From Eubacteriales bacterium (lineage in GTDB: Bacteria; Bacillota; Clostridia; Oscillospirales; CAG-272): 24,595 nucleotides of DNA. Under the pieces are notes generated by a model that had not been told where the DNA came from, ran no database searches, and saw nothing but the letters and a program-made list of their open reading frames with translations. A program made the translations under genes and the position numbers. Of this stretch, positions 16,347-24,595 are shown piece by piece; position 1 is the stretch's first letter, and every line of letters begins with the position of its first letter. The stretch spans positions 1 through 24,595 of the forward strand of contig JAZORW010000226.1 in NCBI GenBank assembly GCA_045656805.1, given 5' to 3'.

Positions 16347-16844
16347 ATGAAGCTACGCCACTATTATCCGGGCGGCCCCCGTACCTATATAGAGTTTGGG
16401 GCAATGTCGGAGACGGAAGCTCCCTATGAGCTGAAATGTGCCGTACGCCTGGGCGTGACAGCCGCCCTCTCTTATGAAGGATTTGGGCGTGACGCCTGCG
16501 TTTCCGTCAGCTTTTGCGACCGTGAGAGCATTCAGACCCTGAACCGTGACCATAGAGGAAAGGATAGGGTCACCGACGTGCTTTCCTTCCCCCAGTATGA
16601 AAAGGGGGAATGGGAAAAGGAGGGGGACACCCCCTGCCTTTTAGGCGATATCGTGCTGTGTCTGCCCCGTGCAAAAGAGCAGGCAGAGGAGATCGGCAAC
16701 ACCTTTTATGAGGAAATCACCTTCCTCTGCGTGCATTCCACCCTGCACCTTTTGGGCTATGACCATGAGAGCAGCCCACAGGATGAGGAGGACATGCTGA
16801 GAAGGCAAAGAGAGATTATCGGACGTATCAAGGGGAACGTATGA
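16347..16844 (+). CDS. ybeY: rRNA maturation endoribonuclease YbeY
   Basis: LNRDHRGKDRVTDVLSFP, LGDIV, HSTLHLLGYDH. Confidence 0.95.
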   Translation: MKLRHYYPGGPRTYIEFGAMSETEAPYELKCAVRLGVTAALSYEGFGRDACVSVSFCDRESIQTLNRDHRGKDRVTDVLSFPQYEKGEWEKEGDTPCLLGDIVLCLPRAKEQAEEIGNTFYEEITFLCVHSTLHLLGYDHESSPQDEEDMLRRQREIIGRIKGNV

Positions 16845-17725
16845 AAAGAACAGCGTTTATTGCGATAGTAGGCAGACCCAACGTGGGTAAATCCACCCTA
16901 CTGAATTCTATACTGGGGGAAAAGGTGGCTATCGTGTCCAAAAGACCCCAGACCACCCGTAACCGTATTACGGGCATTCATACCGTAGGGGACGACCAGT
17001 ATGTATTTCTGGATACCCCCGGTATGCACCGTCCCAGAACAAAGCTGGGGGACTACATGGTACGCACCGTGGGAGATACCCTGGGCGGTGCGGATGCCGC
17101 AATCTTAGTGGTAGAGCCCAGAGAGGCTGTGGGAGATATTGAGGCAGAGATCATTAAGAGCATCAAAAAGAGTGGCATGGGTGCCATTCTCGCCGTGAAT
17201 AAGATCGATTCTGTTACCCCTGCCAACGTGGCGAAGACCATTGCCGCATATGCTGCTGTCCATGACTTTGATGCCGTAGTCCCCATGACTGCCAAGGCGG
17301 GGAAGGGCGTAGATACGGTGATCGAGGAATGCCAGCGGTATTTGGGGGAGAGCGTATGGTTCTTCCCTGACGATATCGTTACCGACCAGACCGAGCGACA
17401 GATTGCCGCCGAGGTCATCCGTGAGAAACTGCTGCGTACCCTGAATGATGAAATTCCCCACGGCACCGCCGTTGCCATCGAGGAATTTAAGGATGAGGGC
17501 GGTATGGTGAAGATCCGTGCGGAGATCTACTGTGAGCGTGCCTCCCATAAGGGTATCATTATTGGCCGTGGAGGCGAGAGCCTGAAGAAGATCGGCTCTA
17601 TGGCACGCACCGACCTGGAGAAATTCTTTGGTACCAAGGTGTTTTTAGAGCTGTGGGTCAAGGTGAAGGAAAACTGGCGGGACAGCCAATTTAACCTGAA
17701 CGACCTGGGATATAAGGAAACATGA
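16841..17725 (+). CDS. era: GTPase Era
   Basis: GRPNVGKSTL, PQTTRN, DTPG, NKID, IREK...EIPHG, KGIIIGRGG, LWVKV (KH domain). Confidence 0.98.
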   Translation: MKRTAFIAIVGRPNVGKSTLLNSILGEKVAIVSKRPQTTRNRITGIHTVGDDQYVFLDTPGMHRPRTKLGDYMVRTVGDTLGGADAAILVVEPREAVGDIEAEIIKSIKKSGMGAILAVNKIDSVTPANVAKTIAAYAAVHDFDAVVPMTAKAGKGVDTVIEECQRYLGESVWFFPDDIVTDQTERQIAAEVIREKLLRTLNDEIPHGTAVAIEEFKDEGGMVKIRAEIYCERASHKGIIIGRGGESLKKIGSMARTDLEKFFGTKVFLELWVKVKENWRDSQFNLNDLGYKET

Positions 17726-18498
17726 AGGCACCCGAAACCGACCTGGAGGTCCACGGCCTGGTCCTGAATATTACGGACATTGGGGAGAGGGACAGAATGC
17801 TATCCCTCTATACCCGAGAGGTGGGACTGATCAGTGTGTATGCCGCCGGGGCAAAGCAGCTGAAGAACCGCTATATGGCGGCGACCCAGCCCTTTTGCTA
17901 CGGACGTTTTCTCTTAAGAGAAAGGGGTGGAAAATACACCCTGAGAGAGGCAGATCTAAAGGAAACCTTCTTCTCTCTGCGTACCTCTCTTGGGCGTGCC
18001 GCCCTTGCCTCCTACGTATGCGAGGTGGTGGGCTTCACAGGCACCGAGGAGCCTGACGAGGGGCTTCTGAGCCTGACCCTGAATACTCTGTATGCCATTG
18101 CCAACGACCTGTATCCTCTCCCGCATATAAAGGCAACCTTTGAGGCCCGTGCCGCCTCCCTTCTGGGCTTTATGCCGGACGTAGAGGCGTGTGCCCTGTG
18201 CGGAGGAAGAGAGGCCAGCTACCTGCTCCATATCTCCCGTGGAAACCTGCTTTGCCACACCTGCCGTGACAGTCTGGAGGGCAGACAGACCGAGGAGGGG
18301 GGAGAGGTGTCTGTTGCCTACCTGACCGAGGGGGCAAGACAAGCCCTGTCCTATATCGTACATGCCCAGCCCGAGAGGGTGTTTTCCTATCGGCTGGAGG
18401 AGGGGGATGCCTCCCTATTGGGCATTGCGTCAGAGGAGTTCCTCCGCTGGCATATTGACCGCACCTTCGCATCCCTTGCATTCTATAAACAAACCTAG
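17722..18498 (+). CDS. recO: DNA repair protein RecO
   Basis: GExDRMLSLYTRExG and a CxxC...CxxC zinc finger; follows era. Confidence 0.93.
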   Translation: MKAPETDLEVHGLVLNITDIGERDRMLSLYTREVGLISVYAAGAKQLKNRYMAATQPFCYGRFLLRERGGKYTLREADLKETFFSLRTSLGRAALASYVCEVVGFTGTEEPDEGLLSLTLNTLYAIANDLYPLPHIKATFEARAASLLGFMPDVEACALCGGREASYLLHISRGNLLCHTCRDSLEGRQTEEGGEVSVAYLTEGARQALSYIVHAQPERVFSYRLEEGDASLLGIASEEFLRWHIDRTFASLAFYKQT

Positions 18499-18521
18499 TA
18501 AACCACCGAAAAGGTATAACT

Positions 18522-20903
18522 ATGATATTTACGGAAAAGACCCGCTCCATATTGGAGTATGACAAGATAGTACGCACTCTTGCCTCCCTTTGCCCTACAG
18601 ACGGGGCGAAGGCAAGGGCTCTTTCCCTATTGCCCAGCGACGACCCCGTGGTGGTGGCACGTCGCCTGGCCAGAACCACTGACGCCAAACGGCTACTGGA
18701 GAGCAAGGGGCTCCCCCCCTTTGACGCCACAGAGGACGTGCCTGCCGCTGCAGAACGGGCAGAGAAGGGCGCGACCCTGTCTACCTATGAGCTACTGCAC
18801 GTGGCGTCCATGCTTCGCTCTGTAAAGGCGTGCTATGACTATGCCAAGGCTGACCGCACCTACACCACGGTGCTGGATGAGATTTTCGATAGGCTACTGC
18901 CCAATAAGACCCTGGAGAGTGCCATTTCCACGGCCATTCTATCCCCTGACGTTATCGCAGATAACGCCAGCCCAACGCTATCCGACATTCGCCGCCATAT
19001 CCGTGCCGCCCATAACAAAATTAAAGAAAGCCTGGCGGGCTACGTCAGCGGTGGAAAGCAAAGGGCCCTGCAGGAAAATCTGGTCACCATGCGTGACGGC
19101 AGATACGTCATTCCCGTAAAGCAGGAATATAGGGGAGAGGTAAAGGGGATCATCCACGATACCTCCTCTACGGGTGCCACCGTATTTATTGAGCCTATGG
19201 CAGTGGTGGAGGCAAACAACGAGCTACGCACCCTGGAGCTAAAGGAACAGAGAGAAATCGAACGCATCCTAGCTGCCCTGAGTGCCGCCTGCGGTGATGC
19301 TGCCTCTGCCCTGAACCTGAACTATCTAAACCTGACAGACCTGGCATTTGCCTTTGGCTGTGCCCTGCTGTCCCAGCAGATGGACGGTGTGGCGGCAGAG
19401 CCGGCAGAAAGGCGTAGCATTTCTCTGCTGAAGGCAAGACACCCCCTGATCGAAAAGGACAAGGTGGTGCCTGTCAGTGTAGGACTTGGACAGACCTATG
19501 ATACCCTGATCATTACGGGACCCAATACCGGCGGTAAGACGGTCACTCTGAAGACCATGGGACTGTTTTCTGCCATGAATCAGGCGGGATTGCACGTTCC
19601 CGCTGCCCCCGGTAGCACCCTCGGCATCTTTGATGCCATTTTGGTGGATATCGGTGACGAGCAGAGCATAGAGCAGTCCCTCTCCACCTTCTCCTCCCAC
19701 ATGGTGACGGTGGCACAGATATTAAATTCTGTTACCCCTAATTCCCTTGCCCTCTTTGATGAATTGGGGGCAGGTACAGACCCCGTAGAGGGTGCCGCCC
19801 TGGCCATTGCCATTCTTGAGAAGGTGCGGCAGGCAGGGGCACTCAGCGGTGCCACCACCCACTATACTGAGCTGAAGATGTACGCCCTGGATACCCCCGG
19901 GGTGGTGAATGCCTCCTGTGAATTTGACGTAGAGACCCTGAAGCCCACCTATCGCCTGACCGTAGGTACCCCGGGTAAATCCAACGCCTTTGCCATTTCC
20001 GAAAAGCTGGGCATCGGCGGGGATGTGATTGCCTACGCCAAGTCACTGGTGGCAGAGGATAACCGCCGCTTTGAAAGTGTGCTGGAGCAGCTGGAATCCA
20101 CCCGTGTGGAGATGGAGCACGCCAGAGAAAACACCGAGAAAATGCGTCGGGAATACGAGGCCTTCCGCACTCAGGCAGAAAAAGCCCTGACGGACAAAAC
20201 GAGGGAAGCAGAGGCGGCCCTGGAGAGAGACAGAAAGAAGGCACGAGACCTGCTGGACAGTGCCAGAGTCACCAGTGAGTTTGTCTTTAAGCAGATTGAG
20301 GACCTGCGAAAGAAGCAGGACAAGAAAAACATCGCCGCAGAGCTGGAGGCAGCCCGCAAGGCTGTGCGTGAGCAGATGCGGCTGGGTGAGAAGACCTATT
20401 CCGAAACCGACTTTGAACCCATGAGCGGCGAGGAGCCCTACCGCTTGCCTCGCCCCCTGAAGGTAGGGGACAAGGTGTACATCGTGACCTACCACTCTGA
20501 GGGTGAGGTTACGGGTCTGCCTAAGGGTGATACCGTAGAGGTAAGGGCAGGAGTATTCCGTGGCAAGGTGCCTCTGGGCGACATTCGTTTGGTGGAGGGC
20601 ATGGTGAAGCGGGAAAAGCCCACCTCGTCCACCAAGGTGAGCCGCGGTGGCGTTGCCACCTTCCGAGCAGAGCTGGACGTCCGCGGCCGCTATGGGGACG
20701 ACGGATGGTTTGAGGTGGACAGATATCTGGACGAGGCAGTTTTGGCAGGGGTAGACTCTGTCAGAATTATTCACGGTAAGGGCACGGGGGCACTGCGTGC
20801 CGCCCTGCATAGAGAATTAAAGGCAGACCCCAGGGTCCGTGCCTTCCGTCTTGGGGGGCTGGGCGAGGGAGATTCGGGCGTCACCGTAGTGACCCTGAAA
20901 TAA
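18522..20903 (+). CDS. mutS2: Endonuclease MutS2
   Basis: RDGRYVIPVK, HDTSSTGATVFIEP, ITGPNTGGKT, DELGAGTDP, TTHY, C-terminal Smr domain with IIHGKGTGALR. Confidence 0.97.
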   Translation: MIFTEKTRSILEYDKIVRTLASLCPTDGAKARALSLLPSDDPVVVARRLARTTDAKRLLESKGLPPFDATEDVPAAAERAEKGATLSTYELLHVASMLRSVKACYDYAKADRTYTTVLDEIFDRLLPNKTLESAISTAILSPDVIADNASPTLSDIRRHIRAAHNKIKESLAGYVSGGKQRALQENLVTMRDGRYVIPVKQEYRGEVKGIIHDTSSTGATVFIEPMAVVEANNELRTLELKEQREIERILAALSAACGDAASALNLNYLNLTDLAFAFGCALLSQQMDGVAAEPAERRSISLLKARHPLIEKDKVVPVSVGLGQTYDTLIITGPNTGGKTVTLKTMGLFSAMNQAGLHVPAAPGSTLGIFDAILVDIGDEQSIEQSLSTFSSHMVTVAQILNSVTPNSLALFDELGAGTDPVEGAALAIAILEKVRQAGALSGATTHYTELKMYALDTPGVVNASCEFDVETLKPTYRLTVGTPGKSNAFAISEKLGIGGDVIAYAKSLVAEDNRRFESVLEQLESTRVEMEHARENTEKMRREYEAFRTQAEKALTDKTREAEAALERDRKKARDLLDSARVTSEFVFKQIEDLRKKQDKKNIAAELEAARKAVREQMRLGEKTYSETDFEPMSGEEPYRLPRPLKVGDKVYIVTYHSEGEVTGLPKGDTVEVRAGVFRGKVPLGDIRLVEGMVKREKPTSSTKVSRGGVATFRAELDVRGRYGDDGWFEVDRYLDEAVLAGVDSVRIIHGKGTGALRAALHRELKADPRVRAFRLGGLGEGDSGVTVVTLK

Positions 20904-20912
20904 GGAGGTAGT

Positions 20913-21464
20913 ATGACCTGGGAATGGGCTTTCCTTGACGGACTGCAAAGCATTCGCACCCCCTTTTTAGATTCTTTTATGGTATTTATCACCACCCTGG
21001 GCAACGGTGGCGGTCTGTGGCTGGCCATTGCCGTGGTGCTGCTGTTTTTCCGCCCCACTCGGGGGACGGGTGCCTGTATGCTGGTGTCTGTAGCACTGGG
21101 GGCACTGGTGGGAAATTTGTGTCTAAAGCCACTGTTTGCACGCCCCAGACCCTGTTGGCTAAGACCCCAGGCAAATCTTTTGATCCCTAACCCCACCGAT
21201 TATTCCTTCCCCTCGGGGCATACCCTGTCCTCCTTTGCGGTAGCTACCTCTCTCACCTTGGGAGAGAAGCGGTATGGCTATATTGCCCTGCCTCTGGCAG
21301 CCCTAATGGGCTTTACCCGCCTGTACCTATACGTGCATTTCCCCACCGACGTCCTGGCAGGGATGGCACTGGGTGTAGCGGTGGCAATCCTGACCCACTA
21401 TTTCATTCGCCCCTATCTCGAAAAGGGACTCAACCGAATCCCCCCGCGGGGAAAAGGTAAATAA
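20913..21464 (+). CDS. PAP2-family membrane phosphatase (possible undecaprenyl-PP phosphatase)
   Basis: C1 KxxxxRPRP, C2 PSGH, C3 TRLYLYVHFPTD. Confidence 0.92.
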   Translation: MTWEWAFLDGLQSIRTPFLDSFMVFITTLGNGGGLWLAIAVVLLFFRPTRGTGACMLVSVALGALVGNLCLKPLFARPRPCWLRPQANLLIPNPTDYSFPSGHTLSSFAVATSLTLGEKRYGYIALPLAALMGFTRLYLYVHFPTDVLAGMALGVAVAILTHYFIRPYLEKGLNRIPPRGKGK

Positions 21465-21519
21465 GACCGCGCGTATGCACAATACGATATCAATTACTAG
21501 GCAAATTATATGCGTACGA

Positions 21520-21553
21520 AAAAAGGACAGAGAATGCCACCTCTGTCCTTTTT
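21520..21553. terminator. Intrinsic terminator after PAP2, at the left edge of islet 2
   Basis: AAAAAGGACAGAG, 8-nt loop, CTCTGTCCTTTTT. Confidence 0.85.
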
Positions 21554-21700
21554 ATTTGTTCATTCTGAAACAGGGGATGTTAAAGGAAGTGTTTTCCCCT
21601 TAGACTACAAAGATTGTTTAATGTGCATAAAATGCAAATCGCTTTTTTGTTTTTTGAAGACAAAACATCATTATTTTAACAAAAGTTACCAAAAATTTCC

Positions 21701-21729
21701 TTGACAACCAAATAAAGGTGTGATTAAAT
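21701..21729 (+). promoter_or_regulatory. Possible promoter for the peptidase-LRR pair
   Basis: Perfect TTGACA, 17 bp spacer ending in TGA, then an imperfect -10 TTAAAT. Confidence 0.45.
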
Positions 21730-21793
21730 AAAAGTGAACAGGCACAAAGGAGCCTGTTCAAATAAACTATTGAATTATAAGGAGATGTAACCT

Positions 21794-23044
21794 ATGAAAC
21801 ACGTACAAAGATTGATTTCCGCCCTGCTATGCATTCTCATTGTGTGCTCATTCTCGGTTGTGGTCATGGGTCCCCTCCATACCCATGCGGAAGGCGGAAC
21901 CACAGATGAACAGCAATCCTCTTACATGTATAAATATTTTTCCAATTTAGGTAACTTTGCTTACAATGCACATGGAAGTTGCGGGTATATTGCTTTGAGC
22001 ATGCTTCTTTCATATTACGATAACTATTGGAATGATACTTTGGTGAGCGACAGATACGAGGTAGATGGGTTGTTTGCGGAAACCAACAATGGACTTGTAA
22101 TGAATTCTCCGGGAACTACTGAAGAGAGATGGGACATTAATTATTCAAACAGTTCAGATCCGGAGCAATACTATGAGGCTCTTTTTCAGCTGGAGAAACC
22201 GTCCCTGCATGCTTTACTACTCTCCCTGGGAACAGAATATCATTACAGACCAAATTCAATTTATTCTTTTGGTCTTAATCCTGAGGAGCAACAGCAAATT
22301 TTAGAAAGTTATCTTGCTCTGAGAGCCAGTGACCCTGAGGATCCTTCTTCTGCAACGGAGTGGGAATATACTTTGGTAAATGAAGATCGTTATTTTATCG
22401 AGTATTTTAATGATTCTCAGATGAGAGAGACAGTTATTGATTATATCCAGCAGGGGGTTCCCGTAATTATTTCCATTGACTATGAAACCGACCCGTCTCT
22501 TTTGACACAGTTGACTGGAATGAATTTTTTAGGAGGAGAAACGGTTACTGGAAGAGCCAGACATTCTGCAATTGCTTACGATTATAAATACGACAGTGAA
22601 AATGATAGGGACATTATTTATATTCATACCGGTTGGCAGGGTGAGGAAAACCGTCATGTGGATTTAGATAGTCTTGGGACAGGTGTAAGCGTAAAAGTTT
22701 ATTCCTATTCTGTGTTCCAGCCTATCTATGAAGATGTGCCTCATGTTCATTCCAACGGACATGAAAAGCATAATGTTGGTGGGTACTATTGCTCCTGCCA
22801 ATTGTCGACACATCAGCATGTACAGAGAGGCGAAGCGTTGCTTCCTCTGCCGTCTGATTCTGCAAGACAATTGTATCATTATTATATTTGTTACTGTGAA
22901 GAACATATTCACGAGGGACATATTTACGAAAGCATAGGCTTAAATAAACGCAGATGCGTAAAGTGCAGCTATACTGTTACGATTGGCTCCTTTATCCCCG
23001 TTATCAAGAAGATCGAGCCTGAGGAGGACGAGGAAACAGAGTAA
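21794..23044 (+). CDS. Secreted protein with papain-fold cysteine peptidase motifs and a His/Cys-rich C-terminus
   Basis: Signal peptide ending ...THA/E; N-x4-C motif NAHGSCGYIALSMLLSY (Cys63); RHSAIAYDY (His257); YIHTGW; AAGGAG RBS. Sampled line 21961-22020 has 23/60 G+C. Confidence 0.7.
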   Translation: MKHVQRLISALLCILIVCSFSVVVMGPLHTHAEGGTTDEQQSSYMYKYFSNLGNFAYNAHGSCGYIALSMLLSYYDNYWNDTLVSDRYEVDGLFAETNNGLVMNSPGTTEERWDINYSNSSDPEQYYEALFQLEKPSLHALLLSLGTEYHYRPNSIYSFGLNPEEQQQILESYLALRASDPEDPSSATEWEYTLVNEDRYFIEYFNDSQMRETVIDYIQQGVPVIISIDYETDPSLLTQLTGMNFLGGETVTGRARHSAIAYDYKYDSENDRDIIYIHTGWQGEENRHVDLDSLGTGVSVKVYSYSVFQPIYEDVPHVHSNGHEKHNVGGYYCSCQLSTHQHVQRGEALLPLPSDSARQLYHYYICYCEEHIHEGHIYESIGLNKRRCVKCSYTVTIGSFIPVIKKIEPEEDEETE

Positions 23045-23090
23045 GCGTGTGGGGGATATGCCCATATACTGAAAAAGAAAGGAAGCGGCT

Positions 23091-23708
23091 ATGAAAAAAA
23101 GTGTTTTACTCAAAAGAGGCGGGATTGCAGGATTAGTCATTATGGGCGTGTGCGTTGTGCTTGCCCTGAGTATGTTGATCAATTTAGGCGTGATTGCAAG
23201 GCGGGACAAAAACAATCCCCTGTGGGATGCCTTTCTCTTTGAAAAATCGGGGAACGGAAAGACCTACGTGCTGAGTGGGGTAGACCTTAGCTCTTTAAAT
23301 GGAGAAAATCAGACGGCGATTACCCGGTATGAGCTGCCCTCACGGTATGAGGGGGCATGGGTCGCCGCCGTGGGAGGACACGCTTTTAAGGAGAACTTGG
23401 AAATTGAGGAGCTGGTAGTGCCCCGCAGCTATAAGCGGATATTGATGTTTGCTTTCTACGGCTGTGAAAACCTGGAGACGGTGGAGTTTTCCCGCTTCTC
23501 CAAGCTGAATGCCATTGGAAAAGGCGCTTTTGCACATAGTGGATTGACCTCTATTACGATACCTAAGGGAGTAGAGGTCATGGGGAAATGGGTATTTACA
23601 AACTGTGAAAATCTGACAGACATTTACTGTGAGGCAGAGAGCATGCCCGAGGGCTGGGACTCTGGCTGGCTGGGCAACTGTAACGCCACAGTCCATTGGG
23701 GCGCATAA
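23091..23708 (+). CDS. Membrane-anchored BspA-type leucine-rich repeat protein
   Basis: N-terminal TM helix; repeats such as IxxxAFYGCxNLxxV and IGKGAF..SGLTSITIPKGVxxxGxxVFxNCxNL; C-terminal cap PEGWDSGW...VHWG. Confidence 0.85.
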   Translation: MKKSVLLKRGGIAGLVIMGVCVVLALSMLINLGVIARRDKNNPLWDAFLFEKSGNGKTYVLSGVDLSSLNGENQTAITRYELPSRYEGAWVAAVGGHAFKENLEIEELVVPRSYKRILMFAFYGCENLETVEFSRFSKLNAIGKGAFAHSGLTSITIPKGVEVMGKWVFTNCENLTDIYCEAESMPEGWDSGWLGNCNATVHWGA

Positions 23709-23719
23709 GCAGATAAAAG

Positions 23720-23748
23720 AAGGCTGTTGCAGATGCAACAGCCTTTTT
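23720..23748. terminator. Bidirectional terminator, palindrome copy 3
   Basis: AAGGCTGTTGC-AGAT-GCAACAGCCTT followed by TTT, between the LRR gene and the convergent hisIE. Confidence 0.88.
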
Positions 23749-23749
23749 C

Positions 23750-24394
23750 TTATTTCATGGTTTCCTGCTTTACCTTGTGGTCGATGACGTGGCGGCTTGC
23801 CAGCTCACGGCGTACCTGGGAGAGGGGGATCCCCAGCTGTGCCATCAGCACCAGCACGTGGTAGGTCAGGTCAGCGATCTCGTACACGGTCTCCTCGGTG
23901 GAGTTCTTGGCACCGATAATAACCTCGGTGGTTTCCTCACCCACCTTCTTCAGGATCTTATCCAGACCCTTCTGGAAGAGATAGGTGGTGTAGGAGCCCT
24001 CGGGCAGGTCCCGCTTTCTCTGCATAAGCAGGGCGTACAGGTCGTCCATAGAGAAGGGCAGAAGGGTACCGTCGGTATAGAGGGGAGCAGTGAAGCAGCT
24101 GTCAGTGCCTGTGTGGCAGGCGGGGCCGTCCTTGACTACCTGTACCACCAGGGCGTCTCTGTCGCAGTCAGCGGTGATGTTTACCACGTGCTGATAGTTA
24201 CCGCTGGTCTCCCCCTTCAGCCACAGCTCCCGTCTGCTACGGCTATAAAAGCAGGTCAGCCGCTTCTCCAGGGTAATTTCCAGGCTCTGGCGGTTCATAT
24301 ACGCCACGGTCAAAACCTTGCCCGTGTCAAATTCCTGCACTACGGCGGGGATCAGTCCCTGCTCGTCAAACTTCAAATCTTCAATGGTAATCAT
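23750..24394 (-). CDS. hisIE: Bifunctional phosphoribosyl-AMP cyclohydrolase / phosphoribosyl-ATP pyrophosphatase
   Basis: YSRSR.ELW.KGETSG, DCDxD, ACHTG..SCF, SYT, KKVGEE, EIADL.YH. Start moved to ATG 24394, which has a GAGGTG RBS and overlaps the hisF stop. Confidence 0.96.
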   Translation of the reverse strand: MITIEDLKFDEQGLIPAVVQEFDTGKVLTVAYMNRQSLEITLEKRLTCFYSRSRRELWLKGETSGNYQHVVNITADCDRDALVVQVVKDGPACHTGTDSCFTAPLYTDGTLLPFSMDDLYALLMQRKRDLPEGSYTTYLFQKGLDKILKKVGEETTEVIIGAKNSTEETVYEIADLTYHVLVLMAQLGIPLSQVRRELASRHVIDHKVKQETMK

Positions 24395-24595
24395 ACTGCA
24401 CCTCGTACACAAATATTGTTTTCTTTCAGTAATCGCTTTAGATCTGCGATATTCACCTGACCAAAGTGGAAGATAGAGGCCGCCAGACCTGCATCCACCT
24501 TGGGGCAGGCTTCAAACAGGGTGACAAAATCCTGTTCACACCCCGCACCGCCGCTGGCGATAATGGGGATGGACAGCTTTTCACCTATGGCGGTG
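24391..24595 (-). CDS. hisF: Imidazole glycerol phosphate synthase subunit HisF, C-terminal part (runs off the right edge; absent from the ORF track)
   Basis: Manual translation gives TAIGEKLSIPIIASGGAGCEQDFVTLFEACPKVDAGLAASIFHFGQVNIADLKRLLKENNICVRGAV*, containing the IASGGAG and AASIFH motifs. Confidence 0.95.
   Translation of the reverse strand, partial: TAIGEKLSIPIIASGGAGCEQDFVTLFEACPKVDAGLAASIFHFGQVNIADLKRLLKENNICVRGAV

Noticed and set aside
21510-21704. 64-aa plus-strand ORF
   Set aside because: It runs through the terminator hairpin and AT-rich promoter DNA, with no RBS or recognisable motif.
23047-23069. Wobble-rich hairpin between the peptidase and LRR genes
   Set aside because: It needs several G-U pairs and is followed by an A-run rather than a U-tract, so it is not supported as a terminator.

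Overview
A mostly housekeeping chromosomal segment from a GC-rich, probably spore-forming Clostridia-class bacterium (taxonomy inferred from gene content and order). In order it holds: the 5' part of tig, a metallophosphoesterase and a DUF1540-like gene; a minus-strand run apgM-lepB-rbgA(ylqF)-rnhB-yraN-dipeptidase-thrC; rplS with a probable L19 leader; a HIT gene; an FkbM methyltransferase/U32/uppP run; ylbJ divergent from yqfC-yqfD-phoH-ybeY-era-recO-mutS2-PAP2; and the end of the his operon (hisF 3' part, hisIE). Two AT-rich accessory islets sit between convergent core genes. Islet 1 (about 11.9-12.6 kb) has a small Cro/C1-type HTH gene divergent from a stand-alone YspA/DUF2493-like SLOG gene. 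Their shared control region has overlapping -35 boxes and a perfect 18-bp palindrome, and the islet is bracketed by two near-identical copies of one terminator palindrome. Islet 2 (about 21.5-23.7 kb) has a secreted papain-fold cysteine-peptidase-like gene followed by a membrane-anchored BspA-type LRR gene, and ends in a hairpin with the same CTGTTGC/GCAACAG core. I saw no rRNA, tRNA, CRISPR array, transposase or integrase. All family assignments come from motif recognition by eye; no database searches were run.
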